A stretch of DNA of 64,000 bases from the human T2T-CHM13v2.0 reference genome, Homo sapiens, in the NCBI RefSeq assembly GCF_009914755.1, contig NC_060936.1. One strand, 5' to 3'. Below the pieces are notes generated by a model. That model was given only the letters and a program-made list of their open reading frames with translations. It was not told the origin of the DNA and ran no database searches. Below are positions 39,472-57,330 of this stretch, piece by piece. Both the position numbers and the translations under genes were made by a program. Numbering within the stretch: the first letter of the stretch is position 1; every line of letters starts with the position of its first letter.

Positions 39472-39991
39472 GCACCATTTTTTCCCTTTCCTTTTGGAGA
39501 AGCACCACACCATATTCAGCCTGTGCCGTCAGGTGGAGCTGACTCCCACCCTGGCTATGGGGTGAGCTAATGATCCAGGATGGCCAATCAGAGCCTTCCA
39601 CCCTACTGTCAACAATGAGTGCTTTGGGAATGAGCCAGCAATGACATCCAAGTTAATAAGAACTGGTGAGCACTGCATGGAAGACTTCATGTTTTAAATG
39701 TTGGAATTAAGAAACGGTATCTCCTGCAGAGATAACCAAACTCATGGAATATGTCCAATATCACCAAGACAAAACCTTCTTGGGATTGAGGCAAATTATA
39801 AAGAAAGAACAGAACAAAAGAGCAAGGATACAAAGAAGAAAACAATTGCTGACCGAAGTGTTTCAATTCCTGGATCCCTTCCTGACTGAACCCTCAGATC
39901 AATTCCTGGGCGTGAGGCAGTAAGTTAGCTCATTTTGCTGAAGTAAGTGTTCTGTCACTTGCAGCTGAATGGATCCTGCCTGATTAATACA
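39472..39991 (+). mobile_element. Old MLT1 (K/L-like) LTR
   Basis: 'ggagctgactcccaccc', 'tggccaatcagagc'; ends 'tctgtcacttgcagctgaatggatcctg...taataca'. Confidence 0.6.
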
Positions 39992-40554
39992 ATAGAATTT
40001 CATGTAATGATAAGAACCAAATCTAAAATTCTTAGCAGACACTAAGCATTTTACACAGGTTATTTAATCCTCATAATTATTTAAACTATGGGACTACTAT
40101 TATCTTCGTTTTATAGATAAGGAACATGAAGCTAGAGGAGATAAGTTCTCATTGGCTGAGCTGGAATTTGCATGCATTTGCCTCTAACTGCACAGACTGT
40201 CTTCTGAACCCCGTCAGACTTTCACCCTTCCTTTTTTGAAGCTTTACAGACCCCACGGGTTAATATCAATCAATACTCTTATTTTGTAGATTAGCAAACT
40301 TAATCATTTGAAAGTTAAATATCTTGGTAACAGTCAAAGTCTAACACAAATCTGGCAGAATTAAAATTCCGTTCATTTTGAGTCCACAGGAGAAGGCTCC
40401 TTTAAAATTCTAATTTTCCTGGGCAATGCTGATGTTGAACTCTTAGAAGCTAAATCCTTCGTTGCTAATTCTCACTGCAACAGCAACCAGGGCACTGTCC
40501 ACATATGAGCACACATAGGACACAGGTGAGGAGGGACAGCGAAGACACTGGCTG

Positions 40555-40740
40555 CCAACTGAATTTACTGAGTGCTTTCTGCATGACAGCCACTGTGCCA
40601 GTCATTCTCCACACACTGGCTAATTTAATCCTCACATCTCTCCTGTGATGTATGTCATGTAAAGTATCCCATTTTATGGATGAGAAAAACTGAGGGTAGG
40701 TACCTTGCCCAAGGTCAGACCACTGGTAGAGTGTGCGGAG
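40555..40740 (-). mobile_element. MIR
   Basis: 'atttaatcctcac...cccattttatggatgagaaaaactgagg...cttgcccaaggtca'. Confidence 0.8.
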
Positions 40741-41535
40741 GGGGTCACGGGGAGGGGAGAGGGTTGCCGACCTCCACTGACCCTGAACCCTTGGTTGTGA
40801 AAGGAGCACCTCCCTCCCCACAGCCCTCTCTCTAGTGCTGGACACTGAGAAGTCTAGTCTCCTGCCTGCAAGATTCCAAGGCTTTATAATTGCCACAGAA
40901 TCCTCAAAGCGTGGTCTATCTATTTCCCTTTACGGGCAAGATTATCACCAGGGAAAAATGGGAGAGGGGCTCTATGATCCCAGAGTGTCCCCAGAATGGA
41001 TCGATGGCCTCTGTCATTACACACCAAACCCTGGGGTATAACATAAGCCTGAGCTGGGATGCTGTTTTCCAGGCAGAGAGAACCGTCATTTCGGTGAATG
41101 TTGTCTAAGCTCACTGGGGTCTCCTCCTGGAAAATGAATCTGGCCTCTCAGTTCCATTCCAGGTAGCAGCTGGTAGGACCACTTATGTGGAAGGCTGGCT
41201 GGGGGCATCACTATGACATGTGGCCCAAGAGATGGCAAGGAATGAGGTAGGATGGATGCCTGATGCCAGATGCTGCAGCTTTTCCTTATCAGAGCAACAG
41301 CCCCAGGACATACCACATTTAAAAGTGGTGATGCAGTTTGTTCCCTTTTTCTCTTATCCTTACATGTTCTTGGGGATTATAGCAGTCATATTGGCTTGGG
41401 ATTTGAGTGAAAATCATTTTCAGGCCAAAGATGGTGACCTGAGAATCACTAACCCATTGGCTCATTGCTCAATTTTCACTTAGTTTGTGGTGTCCTCTTC
41501 TATTAATTCAAATGACTTTTTATTATAAAATTATT

Positions 41536-41804
<269 letters not shown>

Positions 41805-42013
41805 ATATATATATATATACGTATATATATACGTATATATATATTATATACGTATATATATACACGTATATATATACGTATATATATACGTATATATACA
41901 TATATACATATATACACATATATACATATATATACATATATATACACATATACATATATATACATATATACATATATATACATATATACATATATATACA
42001 CATATATATATAT
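41805..42013. repeat. (TA)-based compound microsatellite with TATACG and TATACA units
   Basis: Seen directly. Confidence 0.95.
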
Positions 42014-42522
42014 AGCGAAAAACAATCTTTAAAAAATCACCAGAAAATGTAGTGCTTATAGACAGACGACTTATCTTTTGTTAATCACACCTCATCCTCC
42101 TTTTTCACACATACATACAGTCTAAGTAGCAGATTTGCACATTCGGTTTCAGCAAGAAGAATTCATTTAATTCCCCCACTCTCTGCTCACAAGACCTATT
42201 CTCAGGATCCATTTCTAACGCTGAAGCAGCTGAGGCTCCAAGACAAGGGCTCCGTGCCACTGTGCAGTTGGCTTGAAGTTACAGAAGTTCTCCTTTTAGG
42301 GCTCTGGAAGTTGGCTGACTCATGGCAGGGCCAGGAGCACTTGCTGTATGCAGGGCTCTCATGTGCTTTGCTGCTTTCTGATTAGTTACTGTTAATATTT
42401 CATTGGGTTTCCTTTGTTTCTGTTTAGCAAAAGAGGTGGCCTTACAGCTTGAATTACGTGAATATCATGTATCATGTTATGTTTTCATTGTGAGTTGGCT
42501 TAAATGATTACTCTAAAGTGCT

Positions 42523-42887
42523 TGATATGGTTTGGCTGTGTCCCCACCCAAATCTCATCTAGAATTGTAACTCCCATAATCCCCATGTGTCATGGGAGGG
42601 GCCTGGTGGGAGAGAATTGAATCATGGGGGCAGGTTTTTCCTGTGCTGTTCTCATGATAATGAATAAGTCTCACAAGATCTGACGGTTTTATAAAGGACA
42701 GTTCCCCTGCACACACTTCCCTGTCTGCCACCATGTAAGATGTGTCTTTGCTCCTCCTTCATCTTCCATCATGATTGTGAGGCCTCCCCAGCCATGCTGA
42801 ACTACGAGTCAATTAACTCTCTTTCCTTTGTAAATCACCCAGTCTCAGGTTATGTCTTTATTGGCAGCATGAGAACAGACTAATACA
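42523..42887 (+). mobile_element. THE1 (C-like) solo LTR
   Basis: TGATATGGTTTGGCTGTGTCCCCACCC...GACTAATACA, 365 bp, perfect TSD GTGCT (42518-42522 / 42888-42892). Confidence 0.95.
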
Positions 42888-44557
42888 GTGCTTAAAGAGA
42901 AAATATGGACAATCAGATTATAGTCATTCTCGAGGAAAATACTTCCTGTGGACTGCTAACTCCTGGAATAATTATTTCAGTTTTTGTAAGATTTGATGTT
43001 ATTTAGGAATGCATAATAATAACTGTGGCATTGAGGAACTCATAAAACTATTCTTGTGGAAATTAACTACATTATGTTGTATAACATTCAACATTGTGTA
43101 ACATTCAACAATGCATCCTGTGATGTATATTTCAAGAGCATATTGTATGGGTAAACTGGGACACTGGAGAGGGAATAAGATCCTTTCTGTATAAACAGGA
43201 TAGACGGAGGGGCCATGCATTTTTGCTCATCACTGAATCTGGAATGCTTAGCATAGAATAAAATAGCAGATACTTTATACATGTTGTTAACTAGTAACTA
43301 GTTAATTAAAAGATTTCATAATTTCATGTGTAATTTTTTGGTGCCAGTCAACATTATGTCAGAAGATACCTTCATTCTGCTGAAAGAGTCAGTGGAAATG
43401 AAGGAGTTAGAAAATGATGATGGGGTCTGTAAACTGACAGGCCAGTTAGCAAACGTCATGCAGTTACATCAGCCAGGTCGCTCCTGTGCTTAAAACATTT
43501 GTACCAGACATTCTGTAGATCATCAGGTCCTTGGCTTTGAGTTCTTCTTCTTTCTTGAGACCATTTCAGCATTCATGAACACCTACTCTTTCCATAGGCA
43601 GGTGACCCGAAACTATTGTCCACAAAGCACTAACAGAGCATTTTGGGGTAACGTAAAAAACTATAAAAAGGGGTTGTTTGTTTATGAAATTTTCATTATA
43701 GCTGGAGGACATATAAAAATAATCTCAAAGCTCATGTGGGATAAATTATAAATCTATGTATATAGCTTATATCACTATATATGAGTTTTTAAAAATTCTG
43801 TACAAGCAGAGAACACAAGGACACACCTAGGCATCAGTTTGATTCCCTAGTTAGCAGGAAGGGAATATGAAAGTATTTTAGAATGATGGGTCTGATGATG
43901 AGGAAAAAGGGCAGGGAAAGAAACAAGCGTTCATTTGTTGACTAAGATCAAAGGCAATGTGCTAGACACTTCACAAATGCCACTGCATTTTTATCCCAAA
44001 CACCTTATAATGGCCAGGGGTGTGACCTAATTCACCCACATGCCCACAGATGCTGTGTGCAGAATGAAAGAGGAGACCCAGTTCCTCTGTCCCCTATTCC
44101 ACCTCAGCACCTTGCCCCTCGAGGTTCTGTAATGGTTCTGCCTTCAATAACATGCAGGCTGATCAGTCTCTTGTTGGGGTGGCAGAGACTGGGATCCAGT
44201 GGGCTCCCTTCTTAATGCACTTTAGCTGACCTACTATTTCAGCCTCTCAACCCAACACTTCCTAAGACCATTCCTAATGAGCCACAACATGCTTTAGGTA
44301 TACTTCATCTATACATATTGACAGACAAGGTTCATTTTAAGCAAATTTAGTTGAACAATTGTGAGCCCCTTGAGGCTAAGGACAACATTTATCTCCTTAC
44401 CACCCAAAACCCATGGCCAAGAACAATCTCCCACGTGTGTTAGGGGTCAGAGAGTGGCAGAAAATGAATATGCATTATAAAAAATCATGATCTATGGTAT
44501 TAAGAACCTGGATTAAAAATAATTTGTTCTTATATTTATGTGTGTGCTGTTCTTTTA

Positions 44558-44625
44558 TGTGTGTGTGCGTGTGTCCTACTATATATAAAGGATTATATAT
44601 ATATATATATATATAGTATCATACA

Positions 44626-44667
<42 letters not shown>

Positions 44668-44682
44668 CCTGTCTATCTACCT
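44558..44682. repeat. (TG)n, (TA)n and (TCTA)n microsatellites
   Basis: Seen directly. Confidence 0.9.
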
Positions 44683-44799
44683 AGTAGGATATGTATCCTA
44701 CTCTTAGGATCTAGGACAAAGAATAACATTCTAGCCATGAAAATACATAATAGGCAACTAAATAAAAATTAGTTATTTAATCACAGATTTAGTATATAT

Positions 44800-45490
44800 A
44801 CAAGATCAAACCTAGGGGAATGAACATATGACAGGAGAGTCAAAACAAATTTGTGTAATCAGGAAAATCCACTCAGGAAGTGACATTTGTCTGAAATTTT
44901 TTTTAAATAAGTGAAATCAACTGGATGAGTGACTAATCAGAACGTTCTATAAAAAGGGAATCAGAAAGAAGGAATGACACATGCCCCGGATGAGAAGTCC
45001 AGTGCTTTTCATGAACTGACAAATAAATCACAATGGCCGCTCTGCAAAAACAAAATAAAACAAAGATTCTCAAGAATGAGGGTAAGGTGAGATGAGGCCA
45101 GAGAGGTCAGCAGAGGCTGGGACATATTAAATCTTTTCAGCTATTGGAAGAATCAAGATCGTTTTAGAAAAGTAAGTTGTGAGCCACAGAAAGACATTAA
45201 GTAAGGAAATACTATAATCAGATTTGGTTGCTGTAAGAGAAACCCAGTAGGGAACAACAGATGAATTGAGATACACTGGTTAGTTTGAACTGGAAATTGT
45301 GCAAAAGGCTGGAATTGAAGGACATTTATGGGGTAGAGGCAGCAGACCATGGCTGGACTTGGTCATCAGATGAGAGAGCTCTCACTGGAGAATTCCATTT
45401 TTTAGCACTGAATACAAGGCAGAGCCATCCATTGATTCAGGAGACCTGGAAAATGAGCACGGGGAATGTGATGAGTTCCATTATAGGTGA
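44800..45490 (-). mobile_element. L2 fragment
   Basis: 'aatcaggaaaatccactcaggaagtgacattt', 'gagatgaggccagagaggtcagcagaggc'. Confidence 0.6.
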
Positions 45491-46760
45491 TGCGTAATCC
45501 TGATTTTCCATGATACCCGTGAAAGATGGGCATTAAGAAATAATTTGTAGTAGGATAGCCATGCACTCAAGTTACTATTTCCAACTACTTACTATGTTCA
45601 GGGTGCTGCTCTGTGCAAGATGACAATGCCAAGACAACTTGTCCCTGGATTCTGCCCACAACAGAATACAGAAAGGGAAATGAGGCATGGATAGAACAGA
45701 TACAAGGTAAAACCATACTGATCTCCTGTGAGATTCCTTCCCTCTTCCAATACAATCAAATCTTCCAGTGAGAGGTATCAGAGGAAGCTTCTCAGGGGCA
45801 GAAAAGAGAAACAATAGAAGGCCATATATAAAGGGCTGAAAAGATAAACAGCAGAAAGCCTATGTAAAATGCAGGTTAACCGCCCTATTTCTTCTTGAAG
45901 AGTCATAAAGGGGTTGAAAATATTGTTAATTCACTGAGGCTCATGGAGAAGGTGAATTGACTGTTTAAATTGTCAGACATGGTCCATCCTTTTCACCTGT
46001 GAAAGTCATTCATTTCTCGAGGTCAAGGAAAAGATTCTGTTCAATCTCTTTTATCTTGGCTGTGTAAACTAAAGGAAGAGTCAGCAGTTTAATGGAATAG
46101 TTGTTGGGTTTAATCAGCCTTTGGTGGCAAACTCGGTTTCCAATTACAGTGAACAAAGTTTTCCGAATTAAGTTTCCTGTAATAAACATTCATAGTCTCA
46201 GTAATAAAGCCAATAGTTCTTGAAGCAGTTAAAATGAACTTTCAATATAATGAAAAACTTATTTTCCTATCTAAACAGAGAAAAATTCAAAAGCTATAAT
46301 GCCATGATATGGATCAATTAAGTATGGCATATATGTCATGATAATAAGAATGTAAACTATCTGGTAATCTTCCCTCTTCCCTATGTAAACAAAGGCTAAA
46401 TATCAGTGAAGAAAATCCTTGAAAACACTTGTGTCAGTAACTTCTTAAATTTGTTCTCAAATGTTCTGTCCAACAAATGTAAAACAAAATGTTGAGTCCT
46501 AAAATACATTAGCTTGTATTTTAACCCAGGCTGAATCAAATAAATTTGGGGTAACTTACAGCAATGTATTGTTCTACTAGCTTACAATGTCTCTGATCAC
46601 TGTTCATTTTGTAAGGAGCTACCATATTTGTCAGCAAGCAAAACTCATCTTTACCAAAAAGCAATATATTTGCCCCATGTCTAGTGAACTAAGCCTATTG
46701 AAAGCCCAACAGGGAAGGAAAGAGGAATAGTGGATTTATAGACCCTGGTAATATCATTAG

Positions 46761-47140
<380 letters not shown>

Positions 47141-49164
47141 TGCTTTTCTTTACTTGAGAAATAAGGTATTAGCCACCTAGATAATCAGGGGGTAAATTAT
47201 GGACTATTTTCTGACTAGATTTAAATTGATCACTGCCATAAACCATGGCTCAAATAGGAATGGAATTTCTGGGAAGCTCTTGAAGGCATGGTTTAGGCTG
47301 GTTTCTATCAGAATTATTTTCCCCTTTGCTGCTTATTCATGTGCTCATAGCCAAGCAAATACTGGCTTTTACTACATACATGAGAATGACCTTGGGGTAC
47401 CTTCAATTTTTTTTTTTACAGGTTTTGTACTGATTTATACAAAAATATTGGCTTGTCAATATGCAACACAGCCTGTGTGGGAATTCAGTCAAATTTATAG
47501 GTTTTTGTTGTTGTTGTTGCTTGATTTCCTTTGCTTTCAAGTAAAGGCATTTGTTCTTATTTCATACGATTTTACGTTGAGACTTGCTTTTTAGTCACCA
47601 ATATTTCCTGAACTGCAGTGCTGCCATTTGCTTTTATAGACCACAAATAAGGGATAAGAATCTACTTAGCAGTATTTTTCTTGGCATTTTTTTGTCTGCT
47701 TTGAACCAGTATTTACTTAAGCCAATATATTTCTTTTAGTTATGTGATTTTTACGTTTCTCAGAGCTAATGGACTATTATTTTATATTTCAAACAGTTTC
47801 CTGCTACATTCCAATCTAGATTATGATGTATCTGCATGGGCATAATAATGTATTTCCTCTATAAAACCTTTTAAATATCACTTTCAATGAATCCACTGTA
47901 AAAATCACTCAGATCTTCCTACAAATATTCCACATTAAATAAGAATGTTTTATGTTCTGATATGCCTGGAACACTAGCAAATAAAATACTTGCAACTTGT
48001 CCTTAAAGTGCCATGAATGAGTGAAATGAAACTGGCATTTGCTGCACACAGAGGCCTCTTTAAATGAAATATTTTATTTAACTTTGAAGAAAAAACCACA
48101 CATGTAGTTATATTGGAACCTAGAAGCTTGGAGGACTGTGCAAAGCAAAGACCCACCATTCAGAAGAAAGACTACCACCCAGTTGCTAGCGATGCCTGAG
48201 AGCTGGGAAGAAGGTCCCCAGGGAGCTGAGACCCAGACTCTGAAAAGATGAAAATGCCCAGGAGATGCTGATGTCTTTCGAGCTTGTGCTGAAGCTGGCC
48301 TCAGACAGTAGGAAGAAGCTGGAAGTTAGAATCAATGACTGCTGCCAGCATGCAGGGCCATTTACTGGATGGCATAGGGGAACAGCAGGAAAGACATAAA
48401 GAGCAAGATCCTTTTCCCCTTCTACCCCCAAGGTCTCCCTCTAGTGTCCCTAATGACAGAGCCCAACAGAAAGCAGCCGGCAAAGCAGAGGTGTGGTTTG
48501 CAGAGCTCCAGCCCTGACATCAGGGTGTGAAAGGGCAGGTCTGGAGCTGAGGTAGTAGCTTAAAGCCAGCATAAACAGTTCCACCCTCAAAATGTCGCAT
48601 TTTATATATGTTTTTTTTTTCTTCTGCTTGTCTTAGAGACAAACAAATAAAACACACTTCTGGATGGTTTAGAAAGAATTCTCAATAAGTAAAATAGAAC
48701 AGGCATTTACTAAGCACAGATAGCTCCTTAATGAACCCAGAAAGTTCTCAATCAGCTCTGAGCTGTGTATGTTATGATCTCCTTTCTCAGGGGAAAGAAG
48801 CTGAACTCAGGAGGTGGCATGACCAGCCCAATGCTACACAACTAAGGAGTTGCAGACCCAGACCCAGGACTGCCCCTTTCCAAGTCAAAGAATATGTTCT
48901 CACTCCTGGTACTGACTGCTACAGAACATAGGCTTGACTCTGTGAACTGGGTTTTGTTATACTTATGAGTTTTAGTAGGATTTGGGATGCTGGCACCTAC
49001 AGCCTGTGCTCAGGTGTTTGGTAAATGAAGGAATGTCAGGATTCTGAAAGGCACACGGTATTGAAGACAAGATCTGAGAAGTTAGCAGGGCACACACCTG
49101 CAGAGGGGTATGTCTTAACAAGACAAAATTCACATCCTCTATTGTAGCTTCATTTATTTATATT

Positions 49165-49299
49165 TCATCAATTATCTGCAATGAGGGGACATCTTACAAC
49201 TAATTCATCTTGTAGGCAGCATTTGTTTTTCTTAGTGGTATATAAAATAAGAGTAAGTCTGACCAATGCTAGCATCTTACATCTAATGAAATATGGTAC
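49165..49299. mobile_element. Tc1/mariner-type non-autonomous DNA transposon fragment (MARNA-like)
   Basis: Ends 'catcttacatctaatgaaatatggta' (terminal-inverted-repeat-like, plus TA); contains 'tcttagtggtatataaaataa'. Confidence 0.5.
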
Positions 49300-49523
49300 A
49301 GTATTTATTATAACCATTGTCAGAAAGACGGCAGTCAAACTCTTTGAGGAAGGGGTGCCTTTTCTAACTTTACAAAGGTACCACATGGACAGGTAGCTGC
49401 CTGGGGAGTCGAATACTATACATTTTCAATATGGATATTTTTGCAGTGGAATAAAACTAACATGACAATAATGTATCCCATATTCAGAAGTATTAATAAT
49501 TAATGGAATTTGGGATAAAAAGA

Positions 49524-49902
<379 letters not shown>

Positions 49903-50256
49903 TTAGCAGTTTTTCTCCTCAGAAGACAAAAGTTCAAATGAAATATTTTATATATACTCAGACCTCTCATATATGTTTTACTCTGTTTTCCATTAGAATC
50001 CATCAAAACCATAACCTTATCCATCAAAATCACACCATTTTACATTCATCTATTACTTTATTCCTATAGCATTTCCATTTCATGCCTCATTGAATTCTAT
50101 GATCTTTCCATTGCCAGTACAGGATGCAAATCACAGGCAGATGATTCCCAAAGACTCTTCTCCTCCGCCCAGATCTTGATGTCCTACCATCCCCTGAAGT
50201 TGATGTATGTGGGGTTCTGAAAGGTAACCATGCTTACTTTCTGGTTTGGTCCCCTC

Positions 50257-50767
50257 TGTGTTGGGGACCCTGATACCACCCTTATGTTCAGAGAGTCACT
50301 AGAAATACTCAAGGGGCTCAGCATAGAGTTGTACTACTGGCTAAGATTTATTACAGCAGCAAAATGAGGCAACACAGTCAGATTGTAAGGGACAAAGACA
50401 CAGGGGGAGTCTGGAGGAATTCATAAGGCAGCCTTTCTCATGCTTTCTTCCTCCTATATGAGAGTTACACAGAGTGAGCTTTTCTGCAAAATGTTCAGAA
50501 GGTTTCTGCCCGGGGAAGCCCAAGATTTTTATCTGGACCTGCTCACATAGGCAGTCTGCCAATCACGTTTCAGAATTTCAGATTCACAGAAAGAAACCAG
50601 ATGTTCAGCAAAAGCCACATGATTGGCACAAACATTCTAAAAACAGTGAGTCATTATTATCACTTAGGGAATAGCTCAAATGCAAAGTACCCAGACACCA
50701 GCCAATGGCCAGCAAGCAGATCTTTCTAAGAAGAGCAGTTTCTGGCTATGTTAACATTATTCTGCAA
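50257..50767. mobile_element. MER77/MER21-like ERV-L LTR
   Basis: 'ggctaagatttattacagc', 'agtctggaggaattc', 'ccagacaccagccaa', 'gctatgttaacattattctgca'. Confidence 0.7.
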
Positions 50768-50928
50768 ACCCTCCAAGCCCCATCACTGGCCCAGCCACAG
50801 CTACTAGGTGGCTGGACGGAAAGAAGCCTCATTCTTTCCAAAGATGACTGTAGATAGTTAGACTCATTAGTTCCTACCGTAATTTGTTGTTTGTTCCGGG
50901 TGACACAATAGAGCATGTGAAATTATAA

Positions 50929-51295
<367 letters not shown>

Positions 51296-52038
51296 AGTTT
51301 CTCTTCTTATATCATAATTTTAAAATGTTTGCAAGCCATGTGTATAATGCTTTACTTTAATTAAACAATCTGCAAAACAACATTTTCAGTTTCTTTATGA
51401 AGCTAAACATAATAACAACAACAAAAAAATCACTTTATGTAAAAATATTCTAAACACACTCTTCTCAGCCAATGCCAAGACTAGAAATCATTTCAACTGT
51501 TAGAAAACAAAACAGTTTTGTGTTGTGTGTTTGTGTTTTGTCTTACATCTCTTCTAGATGTAGAACAAGACTGTACCTTTTGCAGACTAGGAGGCAAATT
51601 GACACACTGTAGACATATGATAATTATTCTATTTGTCATTGAACATTTATTGCCAAATTATCAACTATAGCAAATGTAAATGTAAATTTCTATAAATATA
51701 GAATATATAGAACCAGGTAGCCCAAAGTGGTATTTTGTTCAACAACCTAAAATAAATTCTACCTGGCCTAGACTATTCCTAGATATAAAAAGAAAAATAA
51801 ATCTATGTCAAAGTGAATTTTAACCATGAAATGCTCTCACATCTTCCAATTTTAAAGGACCTGAATGATGTAAAGAACTTTTGCAGAACAGAAATTGGGA
51901 AGGCAAAGTGACTCTGTTTAACTTTGGTGTGAATTCAAGTTGGGGGACCATTGACCCCACCCTATGTGTTACTGTTGCTTCTCAGAAATACCTCAAAGAC
52001 CAGCTGCTTTCCAAATTGTCCTGATTTGGACAGTTTCT

Positions 52039-52320
52039 TTTTCTTTCTACAGTCTTTTTAAAAAACTTTCAAGTTCAGGAGTACATGTGAAGGTTTGTTT
52101 TATAGGTAATCTTGTGTCATGGGGGTTTGTTGTATAGATTATTTCATCACCCAGGTATTAAGGTTAGGACCCACTAGTTATTTTTCCTGACATTCTCCCT
52201 CTTCCCATTCTCCACCCTCCAGTAGGCCCCAGTGTGTGTTGTTCCCCTCTCTGTGTCCATGTGTTCCCATCACTTCGCTCCTACTTATAAGTGAGAACAT
52301 GTGGTATGTGGTTTTCTGTT
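52039..52320 (-). mobile_element. Short 5'-truncated L1PA (older, ~PA13-like) 3' end
   Basis: 'gattatttcatcacccaggtattaag'; TSD gatttggacagtttct (52023-52038) / gatttgggcagtttct (52321-52336). Confidence 0.92.
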
Positions 52321-54459
52321 GATTTGGGCAGTTTCTAAACATCTTTTTTTTAAAAACAGCAATGACTCTGGGAAACATAACTTGAGGATATAGAACTTCT
52401 AAGCCAAATTTTGTGCATGAATGCTCAATACAGGAGGTGAAAGGACTGTTGGCAAGGGAGTGAATTGAGGAGGAGGTATCCAGAGGATAGAATGGATGAT
52501 GTGGGGTTGTTCTCTATCCAGCCCTTGAACCAGATTAGAGTTCCTAGGCACAGGTGAAGCCCAGAGCCCAGAAAGCTATTTTGCCTAGAGATTTGGTGAG
52601 GTTCTATTCAGGTAGCGATGATTAGGACCTTATGGGGGTATGAGCAGACACATTCCCTGCCTTGCCCCTTAGACACTGCTACATGGAAGGAAGACAGGAT
52701 TGAAATGAAGACAGTGAAATGGACATTACTCATCTCAGGCCTTATCCCTGTCCCCACCCCCTCCATTCAAATAACATCTCTGGATTTGCTTTTTAGATTC
52801 TAAACTTTCTCAACTCTAGTGTACATGGTTTTGGTGTAATCTCCAAGCCACAGCATGAACCAAATACCGCAAGCCTAACTCGCTCACTGCATCTTGCACA
52901 CTGGACACAGAAAGTGAAGGAAAGAACTCCAATTTACATGCAAATGTATATATTTGAGATGACTATGTTTCATTCCCTCTGCACCATCCCAAGTCACAGT
53001 TGGTAAAAGATTTCCAGGGTGGAAGTGGGAGCTTTAAAATAATGTAGAATATAAAGGATTGAGGAATTAAAGTGTTAAATTAGACCACTATAATCAATCT
53101 AATTATATTTGAAGGTTATAATTCTATCTGAGGCAAAAATGTGCATTCCCTTCATCTTAGGAGGTATTTAAATCATTTACTTACAAAAATAGATCACAGC
53201 ATGTTAGAGCCAGCAGCGATCACTTTATTCAGTGGTTGGGCCAACTGACACCCAGAGGTTGGGTGGCTTATCCATGGTCGAAGAAATGAAAGACTAACTT
53301 AAATAACAAAGACAGCTCTTGGCTTCTTGGCTCAAGGCTGCTTTCACTTTGGAAGTTTCCTCTAAACAATGATCTATGTAAGGAGTGTGGGATTATATGC
53401 ACATTGGACACACTGACAGAGGACAAAGCCATGTAGGGTGAAGGCCAGAAAGGAAGCAAGGGAGAAGGGAGGGATGGAGGGCTGAGAAATTTGTCAAGTG
53501 GCAACCTAGGGCTCTTTCTCCGATTCTGTCCTAGTGGGGGACTCCTCTACCCCTTCACCAACACCTGTTTTTCCTCATGAGGTCAGACTAATCGAAGAAA
53601 TGGTACCTCTTGTCTGGCCTCTCTTTGATGCTTGACCTTATTCTCAAAAAGAAGTCAAAGATTATTTGAGTCACAAGATATAGCTTAGATTTTGTCTAGC
53701 ATTATAACATTTTTACTCTGTTAGCATACATTAATATGTCATACCAAAAAAAAACCCTTCCTCTCTACTTCCAAATGTAAAAGAAAATTTACATTTGAGT
53801 TTAAATTCTTATGTTCACCCAAACGCACTATTTTAAATTGATTTGACCAATTTTTATGAGCTATATAGGCTGAAATTGTATAGCCCATGACCTATAAACA
53901 AATATGAAGTCATGCACTAGAAAAGCTGACATTTAGAGAAAGAAAAAAATCTTTTTTAAAAAGCATGAATATCCAGCACTGTATTTAATTCCCCAAATAA
54001 AAGCTTTCTAACTTAGAATCTTCTGTAAGAACCTGAGAGCCCAAGAGTTATTCATGATATTGCAGTGAACCTCACCTCAGGCTAAAATTATAACCAAGAT
54101 CCAAGGATAATTACGGCTGGACACTGGCAACCAATTTGTTGATAGGCGGTAAATATGCAATTGGAAAGCAGGCAGACTCATGGCCTGGAGGACTTTGTGA
54201 ATGCACGGTGTATTTTCCTGGGGAAAAGGTAGGAAAGATGGTACTGATTTAAATTCTAAGGGCTACGTTTGCAAAACTCACATGTTTAGGTTTTTAAACT
54301 AGTTTCTCCAGCACAACACCTGATGATTCCATAATCAAATGCATCAGCCCTTTTCATTGAAGGGCTGTAGTCACAAGGCACAAGCAGATCCAGTACTTAG
54401 CGATCCTGTTACAACCTTCTCTCCCTTTTTAAAAGTTGTTGATAGAAAAAATACATGTG

Positions 54460-55478
<1,019 letters not shown>

Positions 55479-55879
55479 ATAAAAACATGTTCTTCCCAAT
55501 TATCTGTAGTGTAAATCCAGGCAGAACTACCGAAATTGAGGAGTAATCACCGGGTTTCTCAATAGACACCAACAGAAAAGGATTTTGAAGTGTTCCCAGT
55601 AGGTCTTTTTAAAAAACAGCAGTGGCAACTTGAGTGATAAGTAAATTTTTCACTGTCCCAGGTGGATCTGGTCTGGGTAAAAGAAATAATTCAGCCTTTT
55701 GAGAACTCACTTGGGCTGCTAGCAGCAGCTCACTGGGCAGGTTCTGCTGGTGTGTAAAATGTGCCTCAGCTGTGTGTTTTAGGGACCGCAGACCATGTCA
55801 CAGAGACAAGGGAAAGACAGCCGAAGGTGAACTCCCGAATAGTTCTACACTTTGCTTGAAAGTTATTTAACTCACAAGG

Positions 55880-56840
<961 letters not shown>

Positions 56841-57124
56841 CACTGAATCACAGGGAATGTTTCCATATGAATGTGCGTGATTGGCTGCTAGAGTGATTTC
56901 TTTCTCTTTATCATTTGGAACTCTAATAACCACCTGGTAGTGAGGCAGCACAGAGGAAAACAATCTCCCTGGCACAGTAATCCACCACAGGCAAGTCATC
57001 TGTGGTGCAAATGTAACTCACATCACTTTCCTCCAATCCCTCCCTGCATCATGCTTGAAGTGATCTTAGCACTTCATCTCATGCTATGGTGTCTCAGGCA
57101 CTTGGGACCTGGAGCCGGACCTGT

Positions 57125-57330
57125 CTGATTTAGATCCCAGCCCTTCCACTATCTCTCTAAGTATACATCGAACAAGCTCTTGAGCACCAAGCTTTACTTT
57201 CCTCATCTCTAAAACGGGAATGAGGAAGGTCATTGTTGTTAAATAAGAATGAGAGGTTGTTGTAGTTAAATAAGACGATGAAAGTACGACTCTTAAAGCA
57301 GCGCTCAGCACAGAGTTGGTGCTTAGTTAG
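57125..57330 (+). mobile_element. MIR
   Basis: 'ctttactttcctcatctctaaaacgggaatga...ttaaagcagcgctcagcacagag'. Confidence 0.65.
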
